DNA from: Phyllobates terribilis
Taxonomy: Eukaryota
Direction of reading: 5' to 3'
DNA: 64,000 nucleotides
Assembly (NCBI RefSeq): GCF_046119375.1
Contig: NW_027362764.1
Span: forward strand, 802,466,001-802,530,000
A program made the position numbers and the translations under genes. This document shows positions 47,101 through 61,802 of this stretch, in pieces. The notes beneath the pieces were generated by a model. That model was not told where the DNA came from and searched no databases. It saw only the letters and a program-made list of their open reading frames with translations. Position 1 is the stretch's first letter. Every line of letters begins with the position of its first letter.

Positions 47101-47914
47101 GATGTTGCTTCCTAAGATGAGAGATGGGGGCAGAGTGGTGTATCAGGAGTGATACCACAAACTTTGTAATTGGAAAGGTGGTGCCTTGAGAAGAGTTAAT
47201 TGGCCTAGTAGGTCAGCTCTGTTATAAACTGGCGTGGTGGGCGATGAAAGGGGTGTTCTCATCATGAGGAAACATCTGGGAGGAGATGGGTTTTTGCACC
47301 TTCAGCACTATCACCGTGCAAATACCCGCTTCTCTGGCCTTGTGTCTTGCAGCGATGCAGTTAGCCGTGTCATTTAGACAGACAGGTTCCGTTTGTGGGT
47401 TGTAGCCCCAATGTCCAGTGCTTTTTGACAAGTTTTTTAGGCTTAATGGAAAATGCCCATTATTGTAGCAGAGAGGAAGAGGACGTGAACTCTAGTGCAA
47501 TCTAGTGGATGTAACAATCCTAAAAGTCAATATCGAACCTTGCCACATGACTTACATGACTTAGGATAAGAAGCCAAACCAGACTCTCCATTTGCAGGCA
47601 CGTATTTTAGCGCATTTACCCCTCATCAATGTAGATTTCATTTTGATTTCAGTTCATGCATCAGAGTAAGCCCGATCAGATATACCCGCATAGGAGGGTG
47701 TGAGGGGGTTCAGAGAGCAGAATGATTGGCAGGCTGTGAATGAAAACCACTCCAGTCTTGATGTATGAGACTGAAATGAAGCACTGAGGTAGAGTAAAAG
47801 TTTTAGGAATTGGGGATGATGACGTCCCACATGGGGCTGCTGTTTCTGTTGTAGTGGCCATATCATAACTTGCACTGGACAAAGTATTTGGGAACCAGGG
47901 TCCTCGTGTCCGAT

Positions 47915-48030
47915 GCAGGATTCAGTAAACCATCTCCAACAGATGTCTGTCCAGCTTCGACTTCCATTGAAAGAGAACTCACCACCTCTCGTGGAAGCTT
48001 GTTCCACTCATTAATCTCCTCACTGTCAGG
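47915..48030 (-). mobile_element. CR1 3'-end fragment
   Basis: Reverse complement resembles 25435-25545 (AATGAGTGGAAC...CCACGAGAG...GGTGAGTTC). Confidence 0.7.
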
Positions 48031-48164
48031 TCCTAGATGGCTGACTCTGCTGTGGTGGCCATATTATAACTTGCACTGGAGAAAGTATTTGGGAAGCAGG
48101 GTCCCTGTGATACATTGGAAAGCAAACTGGAGTCAAGAGAGGTGCTGGTGATGATAAAATATTT

Positions 48165-51100
48165 GGTGGGACAGCGGAGCTGGGTCTGCTGGTTGACCAT
48201 TGGGAGCAGGATGGGACAGCGGAGCTGGGTATGCTGCTTGACCATTGGGAGCAGGATGGGACAGCGGAGCTGGGTATGCTGTCTGACCCATGAGAGAAGG
48301 ATGGAACAGCGGAGCTGGGTATGCTGTATGACCATTGGGAGCAGGGTGGGACAGCAGAGCTGGGTATGCTGTATGACCATTGAGAGCAGGGTGGGACAGC
48401 GGAGCTGGGTGTGCTGTATGACCATTGAGAGCAGGGTGGGACAGCGAAGCTGGGTGTGCTGTATGACCATTGAGAGCAGGGTGGGACAGCGGAGCTGGGT
48501 ATGCTGTCTGACACTTGGGAGCAGGGTGGGACAGCGGAGCTGGGTATGCTGTATGACCCTTGAGAGCAGGGTGGGACAGCGGAGCTGGGTATGCTGTATG
48601 ACCATTGGGAGCAGGGTGGGACAGCGGAGCTGGGTATGCTGTATGACCATTGGGAGCAGGGTGGGACAGCGGAGCTGGGTATGCTGTATGACCATTGGGA
48701 GCAGGATGGAACAGCGGAGCTGGGTATGCTGTATGACCCTTGGGAGCAGGATGGAACAGTGGAGCTGGGTATGCTGTATGACCCAGGGAGCAGGGTGGGA
48801 CAGCGGAGCTGGGTGTGCTGTATGATGATTGGGAGCAGGGTGGGACAGCGGAGGTGGGTGTGCTGTATGACCCTTGGGAGCAGGGTGAGACAGCGGAGCT
48901 GGGTATGCTGTATGACCCAGGGAGCAGGGTGGGACAGCGGAGCTGGATGTGCTGTATGACCATTGGGAGCAGGGTGGGACAGCGGAGCTGGGTATGCTGT
49001 ATGACCCAGGGAACAGGGTGGGACAGCGGAGCTGGGTGTGCTGTATGACCATTGGGAGCAGGGTGGGACAGCGGAGCTGGGTATGCTGTATGACCCAGGG
49101 AACAGGGTGGGACAGCGGAGCTGGGTATGCTGTATGACCATTGGGAGCAGGATGGAACAGCGGAGCTGGGTATGCTGTATGACCCTTGGGAGCAGGATGG
49201 AACAGTGGAGCTGGGTATGCTGTATGACCCAGGGAGCAGGGTGGGACAGCGGAGCTGGGTGTGCTGTATGATGATTGGGAGCAGGGTGGGACAGCGGAGG
49301 TGGGTGTGCTGTATGACCCTTGGGAGCAGGGTGAGACAGCGGAGCTGGGTATGCTGTATGACCCAGGGAGCAGGGTGGGACAGCGGAGCTGGATGTGCTG
49401 TATGACCATTGGGAGCAGGGTGGGACAGCGGAGCTGGGTATGCTGTATGACCCAGGGAACAGGGTGGGACAGCGGAGCTGGGTGTGCTGTATGACCATTG
49501 GGAGCAGGGTGGGACAGCGGAGCTGGGTATGCTGTATGACCCAGGGAACAGGGTGGGACAGCGGAGCTGGGTGTGCTGTATGACCATTGGGAGCAGGGTG
49601 GGACAGCGGAGCTGGGTATGCTGTATGACCCTTGGTAGCAGGGTGGGACAGTGGGGCTGGGTATGCTGTATGACCATTGGGAGCAGGGTGGGACAGTGGA
49701 GCTGGGTATGCTGTATGACCCTTGGGAGCAGGGTGGGACAGCGGAGCTGGGTATGCTGGATGACCATTGGGAGCAGGGTGGGACAGCGGAGCTGGGTATG
49801 CTGGATGACCATTGGGAGCAGGGTGGGACAGCGGAGCTGGGTATGCTGTATGACCCTTGGGAGCAGGGTGGGACAGCGGAGCTGGGTATGCTGTATGACC
49901 CTTGGGAGCAGGGTGGGACAGCGGAGCTGGGTATGCTGTATGACGCTTGGGAGCAGGGTGGGACAGGGGAGCTGGGTATGCTGGATGAGCATTTGGAGCA
50001 GGATGAGACAACGGAGCTGGGTATGCTGGTTGACCATTGGGAGCAGGGTGGGACAGCGGAGCTTGGTATGCTGTATGACCCTTGGGAGCAGGGTGGGACA
50101 GCGGAGCTGGGTATGCTGTATGACCCTTGGGAGGAGGGTGGGACAGCGGAGCTGGGTATGCTGTATGACCCTTGGGAGCAGGGTGGGACAGCGGAGCTGG
50201 GTATGCTGGATGACCATTGGGAGCAGGGTGGGACAGCGGAGCTGGGTATGCTGTATGACCCAGGGAGCAGGGTGGGACAGCGGAGCTGGGTATGCTGTAT
50301 GACCCAGGGAGCAGGGTTGAACAGTGGAGCTGGGTATGCTGTATGACCATTGGGAGCAGGATGGGACAGCGGAGCTGGGTATGCTGTATGACCCAGGGAG
50401 CAGGGTGGGACAGCGGAGCTGGGTATGCTGCATGACCCTTGGGAGCAGGGTGGGACAGCAGAGCTGGGTATGCTGGATGACCATTGGGAGCAGGGTGGGA
50501 CAGCGGAGCTGGGTATGCTGTATGACCCAGGGAGCAGGGAGGGACAGCGGAGCTGGGTATGCTGTATGACCCAGGGAGCAGGGTGGGACAGTGGAGCTGG
50601 GTATGCTGTATGACCATTGGGAGCAGGATGGGACAGCGGAGCTGGGTATGCTGTATGACCCAGGGAGCAGGGTGGGACAGCGGAGCTGGGTATGCTGTAT
50701 GACCCTTGGGAGCAGGGTGGGACAGCAGAGCTGGGTATGCTGGATGACCATTGGGAGCAGGGTGGGACAGTGGAGCTGGGTATGCTGTATCACCATTGGG
50801 AGCAGGGTGGGACAGCGGAGCTGGGTATGCTGTATGACCCTTGTGAGCAGGGTGGGACAGCGGAGCTGGGTATGCTGTATGACGCTTGGGAGCAGGGTGG
50901 GACAGCGGAGCTGGGTATGCTGGATGACCATTGGGAGCAGGGTGGGACAGCGGAGCTGGGTATGCTGTATGACCCTTGGGAGCAGGGTGGGACAGCGGAG
51001 CTGGGTATGCTGGATGACCATTTGGAGCAGGATGGGACAGCGGAGCTGGGTATGCTGGTTGACCATTGGGAGCAGGGTGGGACAGCGGAGCTTGGTATGC

Positions 51101-53935
51101 TGTATGACCCTTGGGAGCAGGGTGGGACAGCGGAGCTGGGTATGCTGTATGACCCTTGGGAGCAGGGTGGGACAGCGGAGCTGGGTATGCTGTATGACCC
51201 TTGGGAGCAGGGTGGGACAGCGGAGCTGGGTATGCTGGATGACCATTGGGAGCAGGGTGCGACAGCGGAGCTGGGTATGCTGTATGACCCAGGGAGCAGG
51301 GTGGGACAGCGGAGCTGGGTATGCTGTATGACCCAGGGAGCAGGGTTGAACAGTGGAGCTGGGTATGCTGTATGACCATTGGGAGCAGGATGGGACAGCG
51401 GAGCTGGGTATGCTGTATGACCCTTGGGAACAGGGTGGGACAGCGGAGCTGGGTATGCTGTATGACCCAGGGAGCAGGGTGGGACAGCGGAGCTGGGTAT
51501 GCTGTATGACCATTGGGAGCAGGATGGGACAGCGGAGCTGGGTATGCTGTATGACCATTGGGAGCAGGATGGGACAGCGGAGCTGGGTATGCTGTATGAC
51601 CCTTGGGAGCAGGGTGGGACAGTGGAGCTGGGTATGCTGTATGACCCAGGGAGCAGGGTGGGACAGTGGAGCTGGGTATGCTGTATGACCCAGGGAGCAG
51701 GGTGGGACAGCGGAGCTGGGTATGCTGTATGATCCAGGGAGCAGGGTGGGACAGCGGAGCTGGGTATGCTGTATGACCATTGGGAGCAGGGTGGGACAGT
51801 GGAGCTGGGTATGCTGTATGACCATTGGGAGCAGGGTGGGACAGCGGAGCTGGGTATGCTGTATGACCATTGGGTGCAGGGTGGGACAGCGGAGCTGGGT
51901 ATGCTGTATGACCATTGGGAGCAGGGTGGGACAGTGGAGCTGGGTATGCTGTATGACCATTGGGAGCAGGGTGGGACAGCGGAGCTGGGTATGCTGTATG
52001 GCCATTGGGAGCAGGGTGGGACAGTGGAGCTGGGTATGCTGTATGACCCTTGGGAGCAGGGTGGGACAGCGGAGCTGGGTATGCTGTATGACCATTGGGA
52101 GCAGGGTGGGACAGTGGAGCTGGGTATGCTGTGTGACCCTTGGGAGCAGGGTGGGACAGCGGAGCTGGGTATGCTGTATGACCATTGGGAGCAGGGTGGG
52201 ACAGTGGAGCTGGGTATGCTGTATGACCCTTGGGAGCAGGGTGGGACAGTGGAGCTGGGTATGCTGTATGACCATTGGGAGCAGGGTGGGACAGTGGAGC
52301 TGGGTATGCTGTATGACCCTTGGGAGCAGGGTGGGACAGCGGAGCTGGGTATGCTGTATGACCATTGAGAGAAGGGTGGGACAGCGGAGCTGAGTATGCT
52401 GTATGACCCTTGGGAGCAGGGTGGGACAGCGGAGCTGGATATGCTGTATGACCCTTGGGAGCAGGGTGGGACAGCGGAGCTGGGTATGCTGTATGACCCA
52501 GGGAGCAGGGTGGGACAGCGGAGCTGGGTATGCTGTATGACCATTGGGAGCAGGATGGGACAGCGGAGCTGGGTATGCTGTATGACCATTGGGAGCAGGA
52601 TGGGACAGCGGAGCTGGGTATGCTGTATGACCCTTGGGAGCAGGGTGGGACAGTGGAGCTGGGTATGCTGTATGACCCAGGGAGCAGGGTGGGACAGTGG
52701 AGCTGGGTATGCTGTATGACCCAGGGAGCAGGGTGGGACAGTGGAGCTGGGTATGCTGTATGACCATTGGGAGCAGGGTGGGACAGCGGAGCTGGGTATG
52801 CTGTATGACCATTGGGAGCAGGGTGGGACAGTGGAGCTGGGTATGCTGTATGACCCAGGGAGTAGGGTGGGACAGCGGAGCTGGGTATGCTGTATGACCA
52901 TTGGGAGCAGGGTGGGACAGTGGAGCTGGGTATGCTGTATGACCATTGGGAGCAGGGTGGGACAGCGGAGCTGGGTATGCTGTATGACCATTGGGAGCAG
53001 GGTGGGACAGCGGAGCTGGGTAAGCTGTATGACCATTGGGAGCAGGGTGGGACAGTGGAGCTGGGTATGCTGTATGACCATTGAGAGCAGGGTGGGACAG
53101 CGGAGCTGGGTATGCTGTATGACCCTTGGGAGCAGGGTGGGACAGTGGAGCTGGGTATGCTGTATGACCCTTGGAAGCAGGGTGGGACAGTGGAGCTGGG
53201 TATGCTGTATGACCATTGGGAGCAGGGTGGGACAGTGGAGCTGGGTATGCTGTATGACCCTTGGGAGCAGGGTGGGACAGCGGAGCTGGGTATGCTGTAT
53301 GACCATTGGGAGCAGGGTGGGACAGTGGAGCTGGGTATGCTGTATGACCCTTGGGAGCAGGGTGGGACAGTGGAGCTGGGTATGCTGTATGACCCTTGGG
53401 AGCAGGGTGGGACAGCGGAGCTGGGTATGCTGTATGACCCTTGGGAGCAGGGTGGGACAGTGGAGCTGGGTATGCTGTATGACCCTTGGGAGCAGGGTGG
53501 GACAGCGGAGCTGGGTATGCTGTATGACCCTTGGGAGCAGGGTGGGACAGCGGAGCAGGGTATGCTGTATGACCATTGGGAGCAGGGTGGGACAGTGGAG
53601 CTGGGTATGCTGTATGACCCTTGGGAGCAGGGTGGGACAGCGGAGCTGGGTATGCTGTATGACCCTTGGGAGCAGGGTGGGACAGCGGAGCAGGGTATGC
53701 TGTATGACCATTGGGAGCAGGGTGGGACAGCGGAGCTGGGTATGCTGTATGACCCTTGGGAGCAGGGTGGGACAGCGGAGCTGGGTATGCTGTATGACCC
53801 TTGGGAGCAGGGTGGGACAGCGGAGCAGGGTATGCTGTATGACCATTGGGAGCAGGGTGGGACAGCGGAGCAGGGTGTGCTGTATGACCCTTGGGAGCAG
53901 GGTGGGACAGCGGAGCTGAGTATGCTGGATGACAA
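48165..53935. repeat. 45/44-bp minisatellite, about 128 units
   Basis: Unit GGGAGCAGGGTGGGACAGCGGAGCTGGGTATGCTGTATGACC(CTT/ATT/CA). Confidence 0.97.
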
Positions 53936-54814
53936 CTTGCAACAGCTTGGAGCAGAGGATCTGGATATCAGAGATGTGCGCCAAGTCACATAGTAAGAAG
54001 ATACGCACCGGAGCAGAGGGAACCAGCAGCCGGAGAGGAGGATGGAGATCCTGGGGCTGGAACCAGGACAGGTGAGTAATGTGCTGTAGTGACAGGGCAG
54101 TATGAACTCTTGAGAACAGTGATTGACCTCGCCATGTCCAGGCCGTGTCCCTGCTGTGACATTTTACTTCTACTTACTCTGTTGCCACAAAGCCAAATTC
54201 TTTGATAAAACAGGAAGAGGTTACAAAGTTTCATAACTCTTCAGAGTAATTGTGGTAAGCGGATCATTCCCATCAGCCTACGTGGTCTTGAGTCGCAGCG
54301 GTGCCCGCAGTATCTACAGCAGAAGGTGGATGTGACTGACAGTGATCTTTCCTACTGTCTAACGGATCGAACAAAGGTCAAAGTGGTTCACGAAGAGAAG
54401 TGAAAGAACAAGTTCTTATACGGCCACGACAGTGAGAAAATGAGGAAAAATCTAACAAAAAAAAAAAAAATTTCCCACAAGTTTAAAACTTTTTCTTTTT
54501 TTTTTTAGTGTTCTTGTAACTAAATGACCAGGAAGCAATTGTGACAAACCCTCAGCTGGGAAGCTCCCCAACAAGAAACTACTCAGTCGTTTCTTTTCAA
54601 TTCTCTTTTTAGTAGAATTTTTTGACAAGATGTATAATAGCATTGACAGGACATTTACCTGCATTTAGATAAGTGACGAACTTTGTGTCCTTATAACAGG
54701 ACCAAGAACAGATGAAACTGTATGGTGTGAGGGAGGTGGGAGTGCTATATGTAACCCCTTCCTGACATCCCCCGTACATATGGCGCAACAAGGCAACGCA
54801 TTACATGTATGGCG

Positions 54815-55320
54815 TCACAGATTCTCTGGGATTTGGGTCTGGACTGTGTCTGCGCCGTTCACGCACATGAATATGCTCTGATCTAAACCCTCCATTGTAG
54901 CTCTGGCAGGATGTTGAGGGTTGTTGTCCTGCTGGAATAGGACAGTAAGCCCCAGTCTCAAGTATTTTTCTGCCTCTGAAAGGTTTCCCTCCAGGATTTC
55001 AGTGTATTTCGCTCCATCCATTTTACCATCACCTCTGACCAGCTTCCCTGCCCCTGCTGTAGAAAAGCCTCCCCACAGCAGGATGCTGTTACCACTAGGT
55101 GTGACGGTGGGGATGGTGTTTTCAAGGTGATGTGCAGTGTTACTGCTTCGCCGCACATAGCGTTTGGCATTTAGCTCAAAAAGTTCTCTTTTGGTCTTAT
55201 CTGACCAGTGCACCTTCTTCCACCTGCTCGCTGTGTCCCTTACATGTGACTTCTTACGGCTTTCAAAAATGGCTTCTTCTTGCCACTGTTCCATAAAGGG
55301 CAGATTTGTGGAGTATTTGA
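54815..55320 (-). mobile_element. Tc1-family transposase fragment
   Basis: WSDKTKRELF, NTIPTV, GKMDGAKY and FQQDNNPQH degenerate DDE-domain motifs; no TIRs identified. Confidence 0.85.
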
Positions 55321-58300
55321 CTAAGGCCTCATACTCACATGCGAGGAAAACGAACGAGTGCAATCCGATAAAACATCGGATTGCACTCTGACCAATGTTA
55401 ATCAGTGAGTGATATCTCATCTGCGATTTTTTTTTTCTCAGCTCAAATTGGACTGAGAAAAAAAATTGCAGCGTGCCGCGTATCTCGGACGAGACTCGCC
55501 AATGCAAGTCAATGGGTGGGTGAAAAAAATCGCACGGCACTCGGACCATGCGAGTGCCGTCTGATTCTCACGCACCCATCTCCGTGAAACCCGACAATTC
55601 ATCAGCCGCGTACTGTAAAATCACAGCGGTACCCGACATTATAGAATAGAGAGAATGACTATACATACATAGATGGAAAGATGTCAGTGACGTATATAAT
55701 TACCGCAGTTACTGTTGGTTACTATACACGTAATTTATTGTTAAATTAAAGAAATGTAAAAAAATATATATATATATGGTGTGGGGTCCCCTGTAATTTT
55801 ATACTCTAGCAGAGGTTAAGCAGACAGCTGGGTCGGATCTTTTTAGCCTGGGAAGGGGGTAATACCCATGGAGCTTCCCAGGCTACTAATATCAACCCCT
55901 AGCTGTATACCTAGACTTTGCTGGTTATTAAAATGGGGGACCCCCCAAAAAAAATTGACGTGGGTTCTCCCTATTTTAACAGCTAGCAAAGGCTATGCAG
56001 ACAGCTGGGGGCTGATATCAATAGCCTAGGAAGGGGCCATGAATATTGGCCCCCTCCCAGGCTAGAAACACCAGCCGTCAGCCGCCCCAGACATGGCGCA
56101 TCCATAGGATGCGCCAATTCTGGCACTTAGCCTCGCTCTTCGCACTGCCCTGTAGCGGTGGCAGTGGGGTAATAGGGCTGGAGTTGATGTCAGCTTATAA
56201 TGCCAGCTGACATCAAGCCCGGGTTAGTAATGGAGAGGCGTCTATAAGACACCCATATTACTAACCCCATAGTGCAAGTGGAATGTGAAATAAAACACCC
56301 AGAATAAAATACTTTATTTGAAATAAAGACAGACTCCTTTAATATTCTAAATTAAACCATACTTACCATTAAGCCCATTCCTCTGAATCCAATGTCACCT
56401 GTAATAAAAATAAAATAATAAACCAACCTCATCCTTACCTTTCTGACGTGAAGAATATAATCCATGTGTCCCGCGACGGCTTCAGCCCTGCTACATCTGG
56501 ATGGCAGGCTGCATAGTAGCTGGACACGACCATCAAGCCTGCCATACTGCAGAGACACTGAGGAGCACAGGCTTGCTCCTCAGTGACTCGCAGTGACTGC
56601 ATCAATATTATTAGCCTCGGAAGAGGCCAGGATCCAAGCTCACAGCTGTCTGTTTAGCCTTTGCTGGTTAGATTTTTATAGGGGGACCCTACATCAATTT
56701 TTTTCTGGGGTCCCCCTGTAATTTAGCTAGTAAAGGCTAAGAAACAGCTGTCAGCTTTTATTAATAGCCAGGAAACATCTTTGGCTAATGGCCCCTTCCC
56801 TGGCTAGTAATATCAGCCCCCAGCGGTTGACTTTCCCTCTGCTGGTTATGAAAATGACGAGGGGGCCCACGCCATTTTTTTAAATTTAATTCTCCATTTT
56901 ATTTCATATATAAGAAAGCCCATGCCCACTGTGCTTGTTTTTGACCCTGCATAAACTCACCCACACCATGTAAATTTCTGTAGCGGAGACTAGCTGCATA
57001 TTTTGACCAATTGAACTGTCATTACATGCGGTGGATCCACATGTACTGACAATACAAGTGCGGCATTGGAACGCAGCATTTTGGATGCAGCGAAAATACT
57101 CACCCTGGGTCTGACGGTAATCCAAGGGTTAAAGCGATGTCCCATGTTTCTTTTTTCAAATATCTCTATTTAGCATTCATTCATCTCTAAAAAGCATTCA
57201 TTGCTGTACAAAAATGCATGCAAAACACCAAAAACGTGTTTTTTTCCACAGCAAGGTGAATGAGAAACGTGAAGTGTCATGCACACATTGAGTATTTTTT
57301 GACTTGCAGATTTGGTGCAGAATATAATCATCAGCATGTCAATTCTCTGTGCGTTTTTTGCCTGTGGTTTTTCAATGCATTCAATGGGTTAAAAATGCAC
57401 TCAAAATGCACCAAAAACGAAAATAGAAAATAATCTGCAGGACGTCAATTCTCTGCTTTTTTGCCTGCGTTTTTCACCCATTGTATGCACTATATAAAAA
57501 AATACTTTTGCCTGCATTTTTATAGTATATAATGTTACAAAGATCATATCAAATATTTAAATCATATAGGACCTTAAAAATTAACTTTTATTAATAAACA
57601 CCTAAAAAGTCACAAGACTATTTGACCCACAAGAGACACAAAACACACAAAAATATCTCAATATAAAAACACTCTGGTGGCTATGTGTATATATTAATAT
57701 ATCAATCTAGCTGATAACCTAGACTGTTCCTAGACCGACCCTTTCTATCAGCGGAGGTTGGCACCCTAGGGGGAACGTTGTGGGCCCCCGCTCCTCGATG
57801 GCTTACCCTACGGTCCCTAACTGTCCCTGTATACTAGAATGTAAACCGTTAGAGAGGGCCCTGATACTGTACAGAGATATACCTCATCACTACAGGGTAA
57901 AGTGTAGGCTTTCTCAACAAGCCGATAAATACCATAGTGATTTGACAATGATAAATATTGTGACCATATAATAATGAAGCAGGTCGCACCTCTCTGGATT
58001 GTATTATACAACCTCTAATCCCTGATGCACAACAAAAATATAAAGTGCAAAGTGCTTGGAAAGTGCAAGGTGTGTCTAAGGAATTCTTGACAGAACAATA
58101 TCCATATATATGTATATATCCAAAAAATGCACCTTAACTCTTAATGTCAGATCTGCCCATGCCATACATGATTTATATTCTTAACAATAACATGATTATC
58201 AATATGTCACCATTTCCCACCATTAAATATGCCATATCTACCTATCTACAAGGGAAAGGACATCATGTTTTATCAGTCCTTCTGAAGAGCCAGCAGGGGC

Positions 58301-59394
58301 GAAACGTGCCCAGGCATTAGGGGCATATCTGTGGCCGTGGGCGCAACCTGTCTGGATGAGTATATCAACTCTTATCCTTGGATTATTATTGCTGCTTGGT
58401 CAATCTATGACATTTCATTGATACTATCAATGGTGGACACTATGTCTTGTCATCTATTTTTCTGAGCATAGTGTACTTGGTATGAGAGTTGAAGAGATTT
58501 AATCAACTATAAAGTCCATATAGTTGCGCTGCTGTGAGAGAGGTCACTGGAGTTCATCAGCTGAGAGCTCCGGTGGCCTCACTTATGGCACCACTGCTTT
58601 TTGAGAATTTACTCACGCGGCAGTGCTGTAAGTGAGGTCACATCTCCGGAAGTGGCTGTGCTATCAGTGAGATCGCAGTGGGACACTCGATATTACCTGG
58701 ACCTACGACGGATTCTTGAGAATTACGGTGGTTTGTTATTTTTTATTACAGGAGACGAGGGCATCGGGGATTTGGCATTAAGGTGAGTATATAGTGTTTA
58801 TTATTTTTATTTTTATTTAAATACTTACTTATTTAAACCTTTTTTTTAATTTCACTGCGCAAGCGCCGGCTGAGCGGTTACTACTCCCATCAGCAGCACT
58901 TGCGCTACTTGTTAATAGGGTCAGCAGGTGCCGACTGATGGGGGTAGTAGTCCCATCAGCTGGCGCCTATGATCCGCGGTAAGCTTTTTACCACGAGTCA
59001 CTGTCACAGCTGTGGGATCATGCTGACATTTGACAACGTGATCCTGCAGTGCTGTGACCAGTGGTAACGATGTTACTGCCCATCACAGCCCCTGTTTCTG
59101 CGTGACAGCGCGGGAAACCAGGGATGACCTTGTTTGAGCCGACTTTTGTGCAAAAAGCTCGGGAACCCGAACACAAATTTTAATGAACAACGTTTGTGGC
59201 AGGTTTGAAAAAATAAGGTATCTGGATAACAATGTTTATTGGTGATACTGATTATATCTCATCAGTACTGTGGTTTCTGTATGATCCGTAGTCTGATGAC
59301 GACTGGTAACAGCAACTCCTTGTATATTCTTACCTTTGTTAAGGACATACTGTGAATTGTAGGTTCATGTACTACCAATGGATTTTGTGGGGGC

Positions 59395-59630
59395 TAAGCT
59401 GACATTACTGTTGATCATTGTTCTAAGCTTGGTGCTGTATTCATGTAGTGATGTTACTTTTGGTGATGCATTCATGTACTGATAGTGGTTCTGGTGATAT
59501 ATTCATGTATTAATGTTGGTGCTGTTGATACATTCATGTCCTGCTCATGGATCTGTTGCTGTATTCATGTACTGATGCTGGTTCTAGTGATATATTCATG
59601 CACTGATGGTGGTTCTGGTGATGTAAACTG
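59395..59630. repeat. Degenerate short tandem repeat
   Basis: Recurring GTGAT(A/G)TATTCATGTACTGATG(G)TGGTTCTG-like units. Confidence 0.55.
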
Positions 59631-60256
59631 ATGAGTAAAAGGGTAACAATGTTTTGAACTTTTGACTTTCATGCTCCATAAGTCACCATTCACTACTGCT
59701 TCAAATGTGAGACTACCATAATTTTATAGACAATCATCTTGGCTATCTCCTACATAAATTTGACTTTCAACTATTTAGCATATGATTAGTTATGGAGATT
59801 CTTGTCATGTCCCTGCATTGTTACGGTTTTGCTATTAAAAATCACACGGCGAATAAGCCTCCTTACCTTGACATGCCAGAGCCGGTATGTCACTCTCCAC
59901 AAGGAAAAATGTTACCCCTTAGACCTCAATCCAGAGTCTAGCAAAATCCGTTCTCATACTTTGCACTGACGAGGGCCAACAGCCCGAAACACTGTGTCTG
60001 CAAATTGAGATACTGATTTGGCTTTTATCCGAAGTCATTTTGGACGACTCGTTAAAGGGTTGATTGTGACTTGTAGGATTGCTGCTTCCAATAGGTGGCG
60101 CTATAGAGTTCAAGTCTTCATTTTCTCTGAAGAGGCAATTTGCATATTAGGTTTCTTCTACACGTTTCCAAAGTTGGTGCACACTGGTCGACTCACTTGG
60201 TTATGTATACAGCTTTTTCTTCAACTCATAATAATAATAATAAAAAATAATCTTTA

Positions 60257-61260
60257 TTTTCCTATCACCCATGACAGCACCAGAACGAGAGAGGGGATCC
60301 GCCCTTCCAGGACAGGAAACCTACAGAATAAAAGGGCAGCGCCTCTCCACCACCTCAGTTGGTTTCTTGTCCTTGAGGGGGAACCTTGTTAAAACGGTGG
60401 CAGAAGAAAGAGGAGAAGATTATTCCCAGTCCTGGGCCGGTCAGTTTCCAACAAGGCACAGACTCTGCTGCGGCCGGCGCCAGGGACCTGGAAGCGCCAT
60501 AGTGGGTCCAAGGGGGCCTGTTCCGTTGGACGGGTGCGAGCAGCAGCCGCACCATTACCTTATGGTGGTCTGGCAGCCGCGCATCCCGGTTGCTAAGGAC
60601 GCTATCCAGGAAATCGCGCCCTAAGACTCACGTCGGTGAAAAAAGAAGTAGCGGAGACCCAGGTCTTCTAACATGTTTCCGGCTACTGTTTGGTACCAGC
60701 CTGCGGCCCTGATGACTAGCGTACCGGAGGGTCCTTGATGGGAGAACCTTAGACAGGCTTACCAGTTGAAGATCCGGATACAACTGAGCGGCGCCCCTTC
60801 CTGGGGTCGGCAGCTCCAGCTCTGCACGTCAGTGAGAGAGCAGCTGTGGAACTGCGCCCCTGTCTGGGGTCAGCAGCTCCAGCTCTGCACATCAATGGGA
60901 GCACCTGTTGAGCGCCCCTGCCTGGGGTCAGCAGCTCCAGCTTTGATCGGCACACTATTGGAGGCGCCCCTGCCTGGGGTTGACCACCCCAGTATTGCTC
61001 AGGCACGGCCAGATGGAGAGGAACAGTCCTGTGACTTGTTCCAGCCTCCGAATCCGTACAGCTGGTGGTGAGTGATCTTCGTGAATGTTTACCTTGTTTA
61101 TGAGGCCCTTTCCTTGTTATGGTTACTAGGAAAGGCTGAAGGAACTTAGCGCAAAACTCAAAAATGAGTGTGTGTGCGCTCTGTAAGACCCCATCTGGGC
61201 CAAGGGCCTCGTGCTTTAAATTTAGCTTCAGGATGGAAGCTGGACCTTAGACCTCTAGGC
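60257..61260 (+). mobile_element. Second DIRS copy, 5' fragment only (related subfamily)
   Basis: CCCATGACAGCACC...GGGGATCCGCCCTTCCAGGACAGGAAACCTACAGA matches the left ITR at 36690; degenerate VCALC; same small intron candidate. Confidence 0.8.
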
Positions 61261-61275
61261 TAAAGTTAGCCACAT

Positions 61276-61802
61276 AAGAAAAACCAAAGACAAGCAAAAT
61301 ACCCAAGTAACTGGAAGTAAATGGGTAAATCGCACAGTGCAAAAATAATAATAAATAATGAAGGGTATTTAGTTAACATAATTTTGATCAAAATAATGTA
61401 AAAGCTATCCCGCCACATCACGGCAACCCTTATGGGATAGTCCTAACTCTAATATTAAAACCTTACCATTTGTCAAGTGACGTACATATGGATAAGGGCA
61501 GAGAGACTGACCCCCTAGTAGAAGCATAGACCTGAGGCAGAATGAACAATTCAGCTCAGACAAAGGGCGGCCACACCCTTATATGTATTAAAGCACACTG
61601 AACTACAAAGAAAAAATTTTTAATATTAGAGTTAGGACTGTCCCATAAGGGTTGCCGTGACGTGGCGGGATAGCTTTTACATTATTTTGATCAAAATTAT
61701 ATTAACTAAATACCCTTCATTATTTATTATTATTTTTGCACTGTGCGATTTACCCATTTACTTCCAGTTACTTGGGTATTTTGCTTGTCTTTGGTTTTTC
61801 TT
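61276..61802. repeat. Foldback element: about 185-bp near-perfect inverted arms around a 157-bp spacer
   Basis: 61276-61460 is the reverse complement of 61618-61802 with only a few mismatches. Confidence 0.9.

Noticed and set aside
48026-54008. ORFs of up to 1987 aa on both strands
   Set aside because: Translations of the 45/44-bp minisatellite, with no splice context or domain.
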